Of a DNA stretch of 64,000 nt, positions 20,801 through 29,075 are shown piece by piece. This DNA is from an uncultured Erysipelotrichaceae bacterium (lineage in GTDB: Bacteria > Bacillota_I > Bacilli_A > RF39 > UBA660): the NCBI GenBank assembly GCA_902785135.1, contig CACZXL010000002.1, forward strand, positions 10,710 through 74,709, in the 5' to 3' direction. The translations under genes were made by a program, and so were the position numbers. The notes beneath the pieces were generated by a model that was given only the letters and a program-made list of their open reading frames with translations, was not told where the DNA came from and made no database searches. Each line of letters begins with the position of its first letter. Within the stretch, counting starts at the first letter, position 1.

Positions 20801-22390
20801 TTCATCAACATCAGTTATTTCATAATTATCATAATTAAAGTCACCAGAATAATATCTAACTTCAAAATCTTTTTCAGTTAAATTCTTACATTTATCACTT
20901 CCACAAGTGATTTCTAAATCAATATCTTCTTTATCATTTTTATTAACAACTCTAAGTGCATCTGCATCAACTTTAATAACTTCTTTTAGTCCGCCCTCAA
21001 CAGTGGAATTATCATAAGTAAACTCTGTTTTATAAGTAACTAAAGTTCCTTTAGAAACCATTGAATTAAGATCTGTTACTATACCAGTTCCTTCATCTAT
21101 ACTTCTTGTAAGTCTTTCTAAACCAGATTCATTATAAAAACCACTAAGAATACTATAATCTTTATCTTCATAGAACTTATTAGTAAATGTATTAGAATTA
21201 TCACCTATATTTAGAACTAAATTAATATCATTTTTACCATCTTCTGTCATTCTTGGTACAAATATTGAAACTGCATAAGTACCTATTATTTTTTTACTAA
21301 ATCCTATATTTTTACCTGTCGCAGTAATATTTGGTGATGTATATGGTACTTTATAATCAGATATAGTAATTTTATTATCTGAATATGATATATTCCCTGG
21401 ATATCTTGTAGAATTACTACTAGAACTTCCATCAATTGTACTATATGGTGCATCTACTCTAACTGGTTCAACATTTTCTATTAATTCACTATTATATCTT
21501 CTTACCCATTCACTTTTAATAACAGGTTCTCCTAACCCATCCTTACTATAACTTAAATCATATTCAATACTATTTGTGTCTAAATATACTCCCTTAGTAT
21601 TAGGAATAGATATCATTATAACTTCTGTAAAGAATCTACCTGCTTGACCATTATAAGACGCTAATTGTCCTTCATAACTAGGAACAATTTCTAATGTTGG
21701 ATTTATTCTACTAGATGATACTATTGTTGGTAATGGATTAGAAACTATGTTTTCACTACTTCTATTATATTCACCATTTTCATAAGCATAATTAACAGTG
21801 TTTCCTGAATCTTTTCCTAGTTTTACTCCACTTTCAGTATCAGTAGTTTCTTTTATTATAAATGTAGGATTAATTTCTTTTTTATTCTCAGCATTAGTAA
21901 CATATAAAACTATACTAGCCTGATTTTCTCCTGACGCAGTAGATATATCATTAAAAGTAAAAGTATGTGATATTTCTCCAACTCTTCCGTTTTCATCAAA
22001 AGATATAAATCTAGATTCATCTTCAGATATTTCAACAGTAATACTTACACTTCTTCCATAATAAGCATTTTCATCTTCTTTACCACCGATAGAATAACCA
22101 ATGTTATAAACTATTTGATCATTAGATCTAACTATTCTATTATCACTAGAAGAATCTTTACCTTCTATAAATGAAGATATCCTATTATTTTCATCTACTA
22201 CAATATCTTCACTATCGGTAAAATCACTAACACCCGTTTTAATATCTAGAAATCTAGCTGATTTAATAGTTATCTTATTATCATCAGTATTAGCGCTTAT
22301 AGTACTTCTATATATAAAAAAACTCGAAACTAAAATTAATACAATTATCAAATAAAATAATACTTTTTTATTATTCTTATTTTTTCCCAT
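17873..22390 (-). CDS. large (1505 aa) secreted or N-terminally anchored surface protein with an SdrD-B-like Ca-binding domain and a conserved W-rich C-terminal module (paralog of 35211..40010)
   Basis: Signal or anchor MGKNKNNKKVLFYLIIVLILVSSFFIY. ISGRVFIDDNEDGV...NGYYEFKDLDIGLYKV...EDTSIDSDAYK is an SdrD B-type repeat. The C-terminal module carries GVNWHVI...DFWLMN and ends KEVRPVITISSKNIID. It has no C-terminal anchor. Confidence 0.8.
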   Translation of the reverse strand: MGKNKNNKKVLFYLIIVLILVSSFFIYRSTISANTDDNKITIKSARFLDIKTGVSDFTDSEDIVVDENNRISSFIEGKDSSSDNRIVRSNDQIVYNIGYSIGGKEDENAYYGRSVSITVEISEDESRFISFDENGRVGEISHTFTFNDISTASGENQASIVLYVTNAENKKEINPTFIIKETTDTESGVKLGKDSGNTVNYAYENGEYNRSSENIVSNPLPTIVSSSRINPTLEIVPSYEGQLASYNGQAGRFFTEVIMISIPNTKGVYLDTNSIEYDLSYSKDGLGEPVIKSEWVRRYNSELIENVEPVRVDAPYSTIDGSSSSNSTRYPGNISYSDNKITISDYKVPYTSPNITATGKNIGFSKKIIGTYAVSIFVPRMTEDGKNDINLVLNIGDNSNTFTNKFYEDKDYSILSGFYNESGLERLTRSIDEGTGIVTDLNSMVSKGTLVTYKTEFTYDNSTVEGGLKEVIKVDADALRVVNKNDKEDIDLEITCGSDKCKNLTEKDFEVRYYSGDFNYDNYEITDVDERLSQEDQELAIPQCSNIDLSTLNKDQIMNIYGGPCIKPNSEHQELTFSKIRDARDDENNEIPITKIVIQTKEGIKLPEDAKVTVLVYLRVKNVPDITRTYQASVVASTSDTDSNLYYYVPSIDEEYVTSNILNPNNYIKPTITGDTVDLHSTKQYGDALRIVNYTVRQSLTVTNKKADDSIKVNYNVDEDEIINYKLSTYIDDLNNKVGADDSWFIKDVRITVKIPNEYLDYIPDASLGSPEVVVNGSYTDLVYVLPWAKPNIAIDDIYFNAKLKTSFNGENIPITVTSSIDPININGEHDSSEIYSKITPFTIYGTSSQTVMLSQRQEGSSVIDKDTEFSYILSAFNNTGNDVNDFVITDILPYDKDERGSVVNGNYEVKVSVPSNLSDVELLCSNLDSKTIIGDIENEDIEFEACNFDEYTSSTAIRIKGLDIENNQTIDGIRISIRPTNNKFGNKYINDFSGESEDLEKKTSNKITYSIISRTISGRVFIDDNEDGVRQNNEELVPNLIVNIYKIEDGKVKRAAEPVTTDKNGYYEFKDLDIGLYKVRIKYKNAQYDVALRYGTEDTSIDSDAYKIDEGLAEIISKPVNGESNGINVTQETTKFTNMDMGLIRRRIFGFDINKYITKIDLNYNNTIDTTNYNNESTVLLNVRNTLHANAKVYYGIKITNDSYRPGYVKLVQEDIPDGLIFDSTDPYNKDWFVVGGVLQSTALSNKVIEPGESVYLQIMLYMPERETGTAFINTVSILNMEEYIPVELAKEKEFSPNEYEIGDEVNYAGVNWHVIKTVNDEENNDQVLTLLADSETIQKKMNHTDSSIYKWSESKINNYINNDWFSKNSLDKTVLQDQVVCDDPSSLEGASYGGTTIDKGMCTSGVYVTSKVRLFTFEDYEYLESLNLSDKSWLFNNDFWLMNAVNSEIEHDVYGVQTNIDVNKLSTYLTSISSDVASILADSGNKEKEVRPVITISSKNIID

Positions 22391-22479
22391 ACTTTCACCT
22401 ATTCTATTCTTTAATAATTATATCATTTTATATATTTAAAATCAATTATAAATACTAATAAATTATTTTTAAATAGTTG

Positions 22480-22508
22480 TTGATTTTTTTATATATTTTT
22501 GATAAAAT
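22480..22508 (+). promoter_or_regulatory. putative sigma-A promoter of rpsT (TTGATT, 17 bp, TAAAAT)
   Basis: -35 and -10 hexamers with a 17-bp spacer, about 30 bp upstream of the GGAGGTG RBS. Confidence 0.35.
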
Positions 22509-22539
22509 TATAAAAGTTATATGTCATGGAGGTGAAAAA

Positions 22540-22788
22540 ATGGCAAACATTAAAAGTGCTAAGAAAAGAATTCTAGTTAATGAAACAAAATATGAAAATA
22601 ATAGAGCAAAAAAATCTTCTATGAAAACTGCTGTTAAAAAAGCATTAGCTAATCCAACAGATGAAACAGTTAAGGAAGCTTATAAAAAAATAGATAAAGC
22701 ATTAGCAAAAAATATTATTACTAAAAATAAAGCTGCTAGAGCTAAATCAAGAGTTAGCAGTAAATTAAATGACAAAGAAAGTAAATAA
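22540..22788 (+). CDS. rpsT: 30S ribosomal protein S20
   Basis: MANIKSAKKRILVNETKYENNRAKKSSMKTAVKK... is a typical bS20 sequence. I place the start at the internal Met with a GGAGGTG RBS; the ORF track starts at 22477. Confidence 0.9.
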   Translation: MANIKSAKKRILVNETKYENNRAKKSSMKTAVKKALANPTDETVKEAYKKIDKALAKNIITKNKAARAKSRVSSKLNDKESK

Positions 22789-22846
22789 ATATCTAAATAA
22801 TAGATATTTTTTTTATTCTTGAGTATAATATTAACAAGGTGAACAT

Positions 22847-23776
22847 ATGAAAAGATTCTTAACAATAGTAATATTATTTTTTATTATATTTGTTTTTGAT
22901 ACGAAGATATTTGGTGATTCAATATATAATCTTTATGATAAATATGTTAATGATCATAAAACTAAAATAGTATCAAATGAACATATATTAAATAAAAATA
23001 AATACTATACAGAAAATTTATCAAGTTATGTTAAAGAAACAGATAATTATACTATAAATAATAAAGAAGAATTATTAAATATATATTATACTGCGATTAA
23101 TAAAGGATTTGATAAATTAACATTTTATTGTACTAATTCTTATTATTCTTGTATGGATGATATTAATAATCTAGATAAAGAAGAAAATAACTTTTCATAT
23201 ATAAACCAATTAGTAAATACATTTAATACTTATAGTACTATTGAATCAACTTACTCTAGTAATGGAAGAGTTGATATAAAAATAAATAAAAAATATTCTG
23301 AAGAAGATATTAAAAGAATCGACGAAGAAATAAATAATATTATAATTAAATTAGATATTAATAGTTATAGTGATATTAATGATAAGATAAAAGTATTTCA
23401 TGATTATATTGCTGGTATAAATAAATATGATAGTGAAATGGCTGAAAAAGGTGAAAGTAAATATCATTCTGATAGCGCTATTGGTACCTTATTTGAAGGT
23501 AAATCTATATGTAGTGGTTATACTGATACTATGAGTATATTCTTAGACAAACTTAATATTAAAAATACTAGAATAGCGACTGAAAAGCATGTTTGGAATG
23601 CAGTTTATTTAGATAATAAATGGTATCATATAGATTTAACTTGGGATGATCCAGTTACTTCTGATGGAAGAGATATAATCTTATATCACTACTACATGTT
23701 AGATACAGATGAATTATTAAGTAAAGATGATGAAGATCATAATTTTAATAAAGAAGTATATAATTTTATAAATTAA
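22847..23776 (+). CDS. secreted transglutaminase-like (Cys-His-Asp) domain protein
   Basis: Signal peptide. GKSICSGYTDTMSIFL...KHVWNAVYLDNKWYHIDLTWDD matches the transglutaminase-core catalytic triad arrangement. Confidence 0.65.
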   Translation: MKRFLTIVILFFIIFVFDTKIFGDSIYNLYDKYVNDHKTKIVSNEHILNKNKYYTENLSSYVKETDNYTINNKEELLNIYYTAINKGFDKLTFYCTNSYYSCMDDINNLDKEENNFSYINQLVNTFNTYSTIESTYSSNGRVDIKINKKYSEEDIKRIDEEINNIIIKLDINSYSDINDKIKVFHDYIAGINKYDSEMAEKGESKYHSDSAIGTLFEGKSICSGYTDTMSIFLDKLNIKNTRIATEKHVWNAVYLDNKWYHIDLTWDDPVTSDGRDIILYHYYMLDTDELLSKDDEDHNFNKEVYNFIN

Positions 23777-23803
23777 AAAAAGTATGTTAAACATACTTTT
23801 TTT
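23775..23803. terminator. bidirectional rho-independent terminator between convergent genes
   Basis: AAAAAAAGTATGTT taa ACATACTTTTTTT. Confidence 0.5.
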
Positions 23804-26750
23804 ATTGTTTTATTTCTTCTAACTTAACACTAACTAATTTAGATACACCAGATTCTTGCATAGTAATACCATATAATACATCTGCATATTCCATAGTCTT
23901 CTTTTTATGTGTTATTACTATAAACTCTGTTTTATCTTTATATTCAGATAAATATTTACCAAAATTATCTACGTTAACTTCATCAAGTGCTGCTTCTACC
24001 TCATCTAACACACAGAAAGGAACTGGTCTAACTCTTAAAATAGCAAATAATAATGCAATGGCTGTAAGAGTTTTTTCTCCTCCAGATAATAATGATATAG
24101 AAGTTAATTTCTTTCCTGGAGGAAGTGCAATTATATCAATACCTGTTTCTAGTAAATTATTTGGATCAGTCATCTTAAGCTCTGCATCTCCCCCACCAAA
24201 TAATTTTCTAAATGTATTCTTAAACTCTACTTGTACTAATTTAAATGTTTCTACAAGTTTTTCTTTCATTACTTCATCCATTTGATTAATAATATCTAAA
24301 AGCATATCTTTTGCCTTTAATAAATCTTCTCTTTGAGAATTTAAGAATGTATATCTTTCATTAACTTTTTCATATTCTTCAATAGATGAAACATTAACTT
24401 CACCTAACGCTCTTATTTCTCTTTTTAATTTATTAACTTTATCTCTAGTCTCTTCTTTATCATCTTCTAGAATATAATTAGCTTTAGCTTTTTCATATGT
24501 AATAGAATAATCTTCACTTAATATATTTAGTAAATTATCTAATTTAACATCTAATTTACTAACTAATATTTCATTCTTCTTTAATTCATCTTGATACTTA
24601 TTATAATCACCATTATCTATTTTTAAATTTGTTTCATAAGTAGATAATTCATCTTTAGTCTTATCTAACTTTTTAACTATTTCTTCTATTTCAACAGATA
24701 ATTTTTCTTTCTTAAGATTTTCTTCATAATACTTATTAAGTATCTCTTCTTCTTCATTTGTTAATACATTATTAACAACATTCATATTACTATTTAATTC
24801 AGAAGTAATAGACGCTTTTCTTAGATTTAATTCTTCCATTTTATTATTTCTATCTTTTAAAATAATACTATTAGAATTAATCTTAACAAGAATATCATTC
24901 TTCTTTTTATCTAAGTTACTATATTTTTCATCTATAACATTAATATTATCTTCAAGTATAGTTAATTCTTCTGTAGACTTATTTAATTTTTGTATTATTT
25001 CTTCTAATTCATACTTACTATTTAAAATACTATTCTTATTCTTAATACTACCACCAGTAATAGATCCACCTGGAGAAACTATATCACCATCTAATGTTAC
25101 TATTTTATACTTATTATTAATAACTTTAGATATTCTATTAGCTGACTCTAAATCTTTCATAACAATAACATTACCAAGTAAATATTGCATAACATTTTTA
25201 TATTTCATGTCATATTTAATTAAATTAGACGCTATATCTACAAAACTATCATCAAATTTAATCTTATTGTAACTTTCTAAATCTATATTTTTTGCTTTAA
25301 TCACTGATAATGGATAGAATGTCGCTCTTCCTAATTTATTACTCTTTAAATAATCAACTGCATCTTCTGCATTCTTTTCTGTTTCAGTAATAATATTTGA
25401 TGCTGAAAAACCTAATGCTGTATCTATTGGTAATACATATTTTTCTTCTGTCTCAAACAATTTACCTACTACACCTTCTATACCTAATAACTTAGGATTG
25501 TTTAGTATATTTCTAACTGCGTATGGTAATAATGAATTATTTTCTATTTCATTTTCTAAAGCTGTTTTCTTAGATTTTAAAGTTTCTCTTTCTCTAATCT
25601 TAGAATTTAAATTATTAATAGTAATAGCTTTATGTTTATCTAATTTATCTATTTCTAAACTAATACTTTCTAATTCTTTAGATAAATTACTATTGCTATC
25701 TTCATCTATTTTTAAATTCTTATTTAATATATCTATTTCATTATCAATTGATAACAATTGTTCTTTTAAAGATAAAATATTATCATGTAGTTTTATATCA
25801 TCTGCTTCATATTTACTTCTTTCTAATTTTAAATTCTTTTCACCAGATAATCTTTCTACATTAGTACTTACTTTTACTAATTCTTGTTGTTTTAAGTATA
25901 AATCATTATTTAAATCATTTATTTTAGTTTTTATTTCTTCTATCTTAGCTTGTTCTGTTGAAGAATTAGATAATATTTCTGATATCTTACTCTTTAATTC
26001 TTCTATCTTTTCTTTAGAATCTTTATAAGTATAATTATATTCATCTATATCACTAACAATTAACGCAACTTCTTTAGATTCTAATTCTTCTTTATTTTTA
26101 ATATATATTTTAGCTTTATCACTTTGTTCTTTTAAAGGCGCAAGTCTTTCTTCATTTTCTAATATAATATCATTTACTCTAACCAAATTATCATTAGTTT
26201 TTGATAATTTTCTAAAAGCTTCTTCTTTTCTCTTTTTATATTTTAAAACACCTGCGGCATCTTCAAATATAATTCTTCTATCTTCTGCTTTAGAAGAAAG
26301 TATATTACCTATATCTCCTTGAGAAATAATATTAAAAGATTCTTTAGATGCTCCTGTATCTGTGAATAAATCTGTTATATCCTTTAATCTACATTTAGCG
26401 TTATTTATTTGATATTCATTTTCGCCAGATTTATATATAGTTCTTTTTATTAATACATCATCTGAATCCATATTAAGATATCTATCTTTATTATCAAATA
26501 CTAATTCAACAGACGCAAAAGAAGCAGGTTTACGGCTCTTACTTCCAGAGAAAATAACATCACTCATTGAGCCATCTCCTCTTAAAGATTTAACAGATTG
26601 TTCACCTAATACCCATCTTATCGCATCAACTATATTACTTTTACCTGATCCATTTGGTCCAACTACACCAGTAATTTTATTTGTGAATTCTATTTCAGTT
26701 GGATTGATAAAAGATTTAAACCCTACCATTTTTAATTTCTTCAAGTACAT
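23802..26750 (-). CDS. smc: chromosome partition protein SMC (short form, about 980 aa)
   Basis: MYLKKLKMVGFKSF...GVVGPNGSGKSNIVDAIRWVLGEQS (Walker A), long coiled coils, a hinge, and C-terminal LSGGEKTLTAIALLFAI...DEVEAALD signature and Walker B. It is adjacent to rnc as in Bacillus. I place the start at 26750 with a GGTGGAAG RBS. Confidence 0.9.
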   Translation of the reverse strand: MYLKKLKMVGFKSFINPTEIEFTNKITGVVGPNGSGKSNIVDAIRWVLGEQSVKSLRGDGSMSDVIFSGSKSRKPASFASVELVFDNKDRYLNMDSDDVLIKRTIYKSGENEYQINNAKCRLKDITDLFTDTGASKESFNIISQGDIGNILSSKAEDRRIIFEDAAGVLKYKKRKEEAFRKLSKTNDNLVRVNDIILENEERLAPLKEQSDKAKIYIKNKEELESKEVALIVSDIDEYNYTYKDSKEKIEELKSKISEILSNSSTEQAKIEEIKTKINDLNNDLYLKQQELVKVSTNVERLSGEKNLKLERSKYEADDIKLHDNILSLKEQLLSIDNEIDILNKNLKIDEDSNSNLSKELESISLEIDKLDKHKAITINNLNSKIRERETLKSKKTALENEIENNSLLPYAVRNILNNPKLLGIEGVVGKLFETEEKYVLPIDTALGFSASNIITETEKNAEDAVDYLKSNKLGRATFYPLSVIKAKNIDLESYNKIKFDDSFVDIASNLIKYDMKYKNVMQYLLGNVIVMKDLESANRISKVINNKYKIVTLDGDIVSPGGSITGGSIKNKNSILNSKYELEEIIQKLNKSTEELTILEDNINVIDEKYSNLDKKKNDILVKINSNSIILKDRNNKMEELNLRKASITSELNSNMNVVNNVLTNEEEEILNKYYEENLKKEKLSVEIEEIVKKLDKTKDELSTYETNLKIDNGDYNKYQDELKKNEILVSKLDVKLDNLLNILSEDYSITYEKAKANYILEDDKEETRDKVNKLKREIRALGEVNVSSIEEYEKVNERYTFLNSQREDLLKAKDMLLDIINQMDEVMKEKLVETFKLVQVEFKNTFRKLFGGGDAELKMTDPNNLLETGIDIIALPPGKKLTSISLLSGGEKTLTAIALLFAILRVRPVPFCVLDEVEAALDEVNVDNFGKYLSEYKDKTEFIVITHKKKTMEYADVLYGITMQESGVSKLVSVKLEEIKQ

Positions 26751-26794
26751 ACTTCCACCTACTATTTTTTCTACTAAAATATTATACAATAAAT

Positions 26795-26828
26795 AAATAA
26801 AAAGAACAAGGTTTACTTGTTCTTTTAA
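26795..26828. terminator. rho-independent terminator
   Basis: AAAAGAACAAG gtttac CTTGTTCTTTT. Confidence 0.4.
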
Positions 26829-27391
26829 GGTACTAGTTTTATAACTCTTTCATTATCATTTGATTGATTTTTTTCTTTTTCTGCATTTTTAGCTTGTTCT
26901 ACTGCTATAATGCTATATACATCCGCAAACATTTCATCATATAAATGAATCTTACAAACATCCATAGCTTCTTGATATCTACCACTTCTCATTAAAGCAA
27001 GTGCGTATGATCTTGAAATAGATCTGTTATATGGATATGTTTTTCCTATTTCATCAATATTTTCATCTTCGTTTAAGAAACTAGAAATAGTAATATAATA
27101 TGGTATTACATCTTCTTCATCACTATATTTTTCACATATTTCTTTTGCCTTTTCTAATTCTCTTTTTTTAATTAACATACTTAGATATTGTGTACGAATA
27201 TACTTATTATCTAAATGTTCTAAACATATTTGTTCTGCTTCTTCATATTCTTTTTCTTCTATTAATGATTTTAAGTTTCTAGTAGTTTTTTTTAATTCAT
27301 CAATTACACTTTTTTTAGAAACTTTTTTAGTACATTCTAAATCCTCAATAGGAATAATTCTTTTTTTAAAACTTTTGCGCTTTTTTCTCAT
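26825..27391 (-). CDS. hypothetical helical (TPR-like) protein between rnc and smc
   Basis: Charged helical repeats, no recognisable motif; the call rests on position only. Confidence 0.35.
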   Translation of the reverse strand: MRKKRKSFKKRIIPIEDLECTKKVSKKSVIDELKKTTRNLKSLIEEKEYEEAEQICLEHLDNKYIRTQYLSMLIKKRELEKAKEICEKYSDEEDVIPYYITISSFLNEDENIDEIGKTYPYNRSISRSYALALMRSGRYQEAMDVCKIHLYDEMFADVYSIIAVEQAKNAEKEKNQSNDNERVIKLVP

Positions 27392-27396
27392 CTTTT

Positions 27397-28068
27397 TTAC
27401 CTCTCCAATTTACTTAATGCATCTTTAGCAGCTTCTTGTTCTGCCTCTTTTTTTGAATTTGCTGTACCCTTACCTAACACTACATCATCTATTTTTACAA
27501 CTGTAGTAAATGTTTTGTTATTAGCAGGCCCCTCTTCGTTGATGATTTCATATGAAGTTGACTTTTGATCAGTTTGAACTATTTCTTGTAACTTAGTTTT
27601 ATAATCATGTAAGAATAAATCTTCCTCATTTTCTATATATGGGATTACTATATCATATATGATATTTCTAACTGTATCAAAACCTTTAGTAAGATATACA
27701 GCTGCTAAAAAAGATTCAAAGGTATCCGCAACAATAGATGGTTTATCTCTTCCTCCAGTTAATTCTTCACCCTTGCCTAATCTTAAGTACTCTGGAAATC
27801 CTAACTTTTTCGCATATGTATATAAAGCATTTTCACATACATAACTAGATCTTAATTTTGTCATTTTTCCTTCATCATAATCGTCATTAACATACAAGTA
27901 TTCACTAACTACAAAATCTAGAATTTTATCTCCTAAAAATTCTAGTCTTTCATAATCTTCACCCTTTTTAGTTTCATTAACATAACTTGAATGAGTAAAT
28001 GCTCTTCTTATGACTTCATTATTTAAATCAATATCATATTTTGCAATAATATCCATATTAATCACCAA
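27397..28068 (-). CDS. rnc: ribonuclease III
   Basis: ERLEFLGDKILDFVVSEYLY (RNase III signature) and a C-terminal dsRBD (KTFTTVVKIDDVVLGKGTANSKKEAEQEAAKDAL). Confidence 0.85.
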   Translation of the reverse strand: MVINMDIIAKYDIDLNNEVIRRAFTHSSYVNETKKGEDYERLEFLGDKILDFVVSEYLYVNDDYDEGKMTKLRSSYVCENALYTYAKKLGFPEYLRLGKGEELTGGRDKPSIVADTFESFLAAVYLTKGFDTVRNIIYDIVIPYIENEEDLFLHDYKTKLQEIVQTDQKSTSYEIINEEGPANNKTFTTVVKIDDVVLGKGTANSKKEAEQEAAKDALSKLER

Positions 28069-28119
28069 TTTAATTTTAACATAAATAAATATAAAAAAAA
28101 AGTCTTACTTTTGTAAGAC

Positions 28120-29061
28120 TTATTCAAATTTTACTTTATTACTTAATGTTCCAGCTGAACTAAATGCATCTTTATCATTTGAATCTAATGAGAATGATGA
28201 TGCTTCATCTTTTTTAGCTGAATCTGCGAAAGCTGCTAACATTTTATAGCCATCTTCTTTATAAGAAGTTGATGTGTAATAAACATATGATGATAGAATT
28301 GTTTTATCACTTAATTCAGTTAAAATTAAATCAGTGTATACACTTTGATAATAATAAGATATAATTAAGAATTTTCTATTTTCATAAGTATATTCATTAC
28401 TACCAATATATGTTAATCCATCAGTTTGAACTCTATTAGTATATGTTGTTGCTAAATTAGATAATTGAGATTTTAAATCGTCATATTTATAAGAATTAGT
28501 AACTTTAACAAATCCAAAATAGAAATTACCATTACCTATATAATCTTTACCATTATTCTCTATTTTTATAAATCCAGTTGGTATAGTAAAATTATATCCA
28601 TTCACTGAATATGTTTCATTATTCTCTACTGTTGTAGGTTCTGGATCAGTTTTATCATCTATCTTATCTTCTACAACAGGACTATCTACTGGTTTATTAA
28701 ATATTCTATCACCAAACATTCTAAATAGAATGAATGCTCCTACTCCTAGTATTACTAATCCTAAGAATATAACTATAAGTATAAAACCTACATTACTCTT
28801 CTTTTTAGGTTCTACTGGTGTTTGATTTTGTACTTCACCTATTTGTTCTACTGGTGTTGGTGCTGGTGTTTGAACTCCTTGTACTGGTTCTATAGAAGCA
28901 GATTGATTTACTTCTTCAGCTACTGGTTCAGCAGCAGCAACTACTTCCTCTGATGGTGTAGAAACTTCTTGCTCTTCTGTTTTTAATTCTGTTGGTGTTC
29001 CACAATTTTGACAAAATTTATCAAATTCTGTTATTGGACTTCCACAATTTTTACAATTCAT
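28120..29061 (-). CDS. zinc-ribbon membrane protein with a Pro-rich linker and an extracytoplasmic domain
   Basis: N-terminus MNCKNCGSPI...FCQNCGTP (two CxxC), a P/E/V-rich segment, a TM (GFILIVIFLGLVILGVGAFILF), then about 190 aa outside the membrane. Confidence 0.5.
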   Translation of the reverse strand: MNCKNCGSPITEFDKFCQNCGTPTELKTEEQEVSTPSEEVVAAAEPVAEEVNQSASIEPVQGVQTPAPTPVEQIGEVQNQTPVEPKKKSNVGFILIVIFLGLVILGVGAFILFRMFGDRIFNKPVDSPVVEDKIDDKTDPEPTTVENNETYSVNGYNFTIPTGFIKIENNGKDYIGNGNFYFGFVKVTNSYKYDDLKSQLSNLATTYTNRVQTDGLTYIGSNEYTYENRKFLIISYYYQSVYTDLILTELSDKTILSSYVYYTSTSYKEDGYKMLAAFADSAKKDEASSFSLDSNDKDAFSSAGTLSNKVKFE

Positions 29062-29075
29062 AATTAATTCCTCCT

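Noticed and set aside
22680-22865. Minus-strand 61-aa ORF overlapping the 3' end of rpsT and the start of the transglutaminase-like gene
   Set aside because: It is antisense to two well-supported genes and has no RBS.
24058-26028. Plus-strand ORFs 24058..24285 and 25498..26028 inside smc
   Set aside because: Antisense to a confidently identified SMC gene; the S/L/F-rich translations are typical of shadow frames.
27659-27844. Plus-strand ORF inside rnc
   Set aside because: Antisense shadow ORF.
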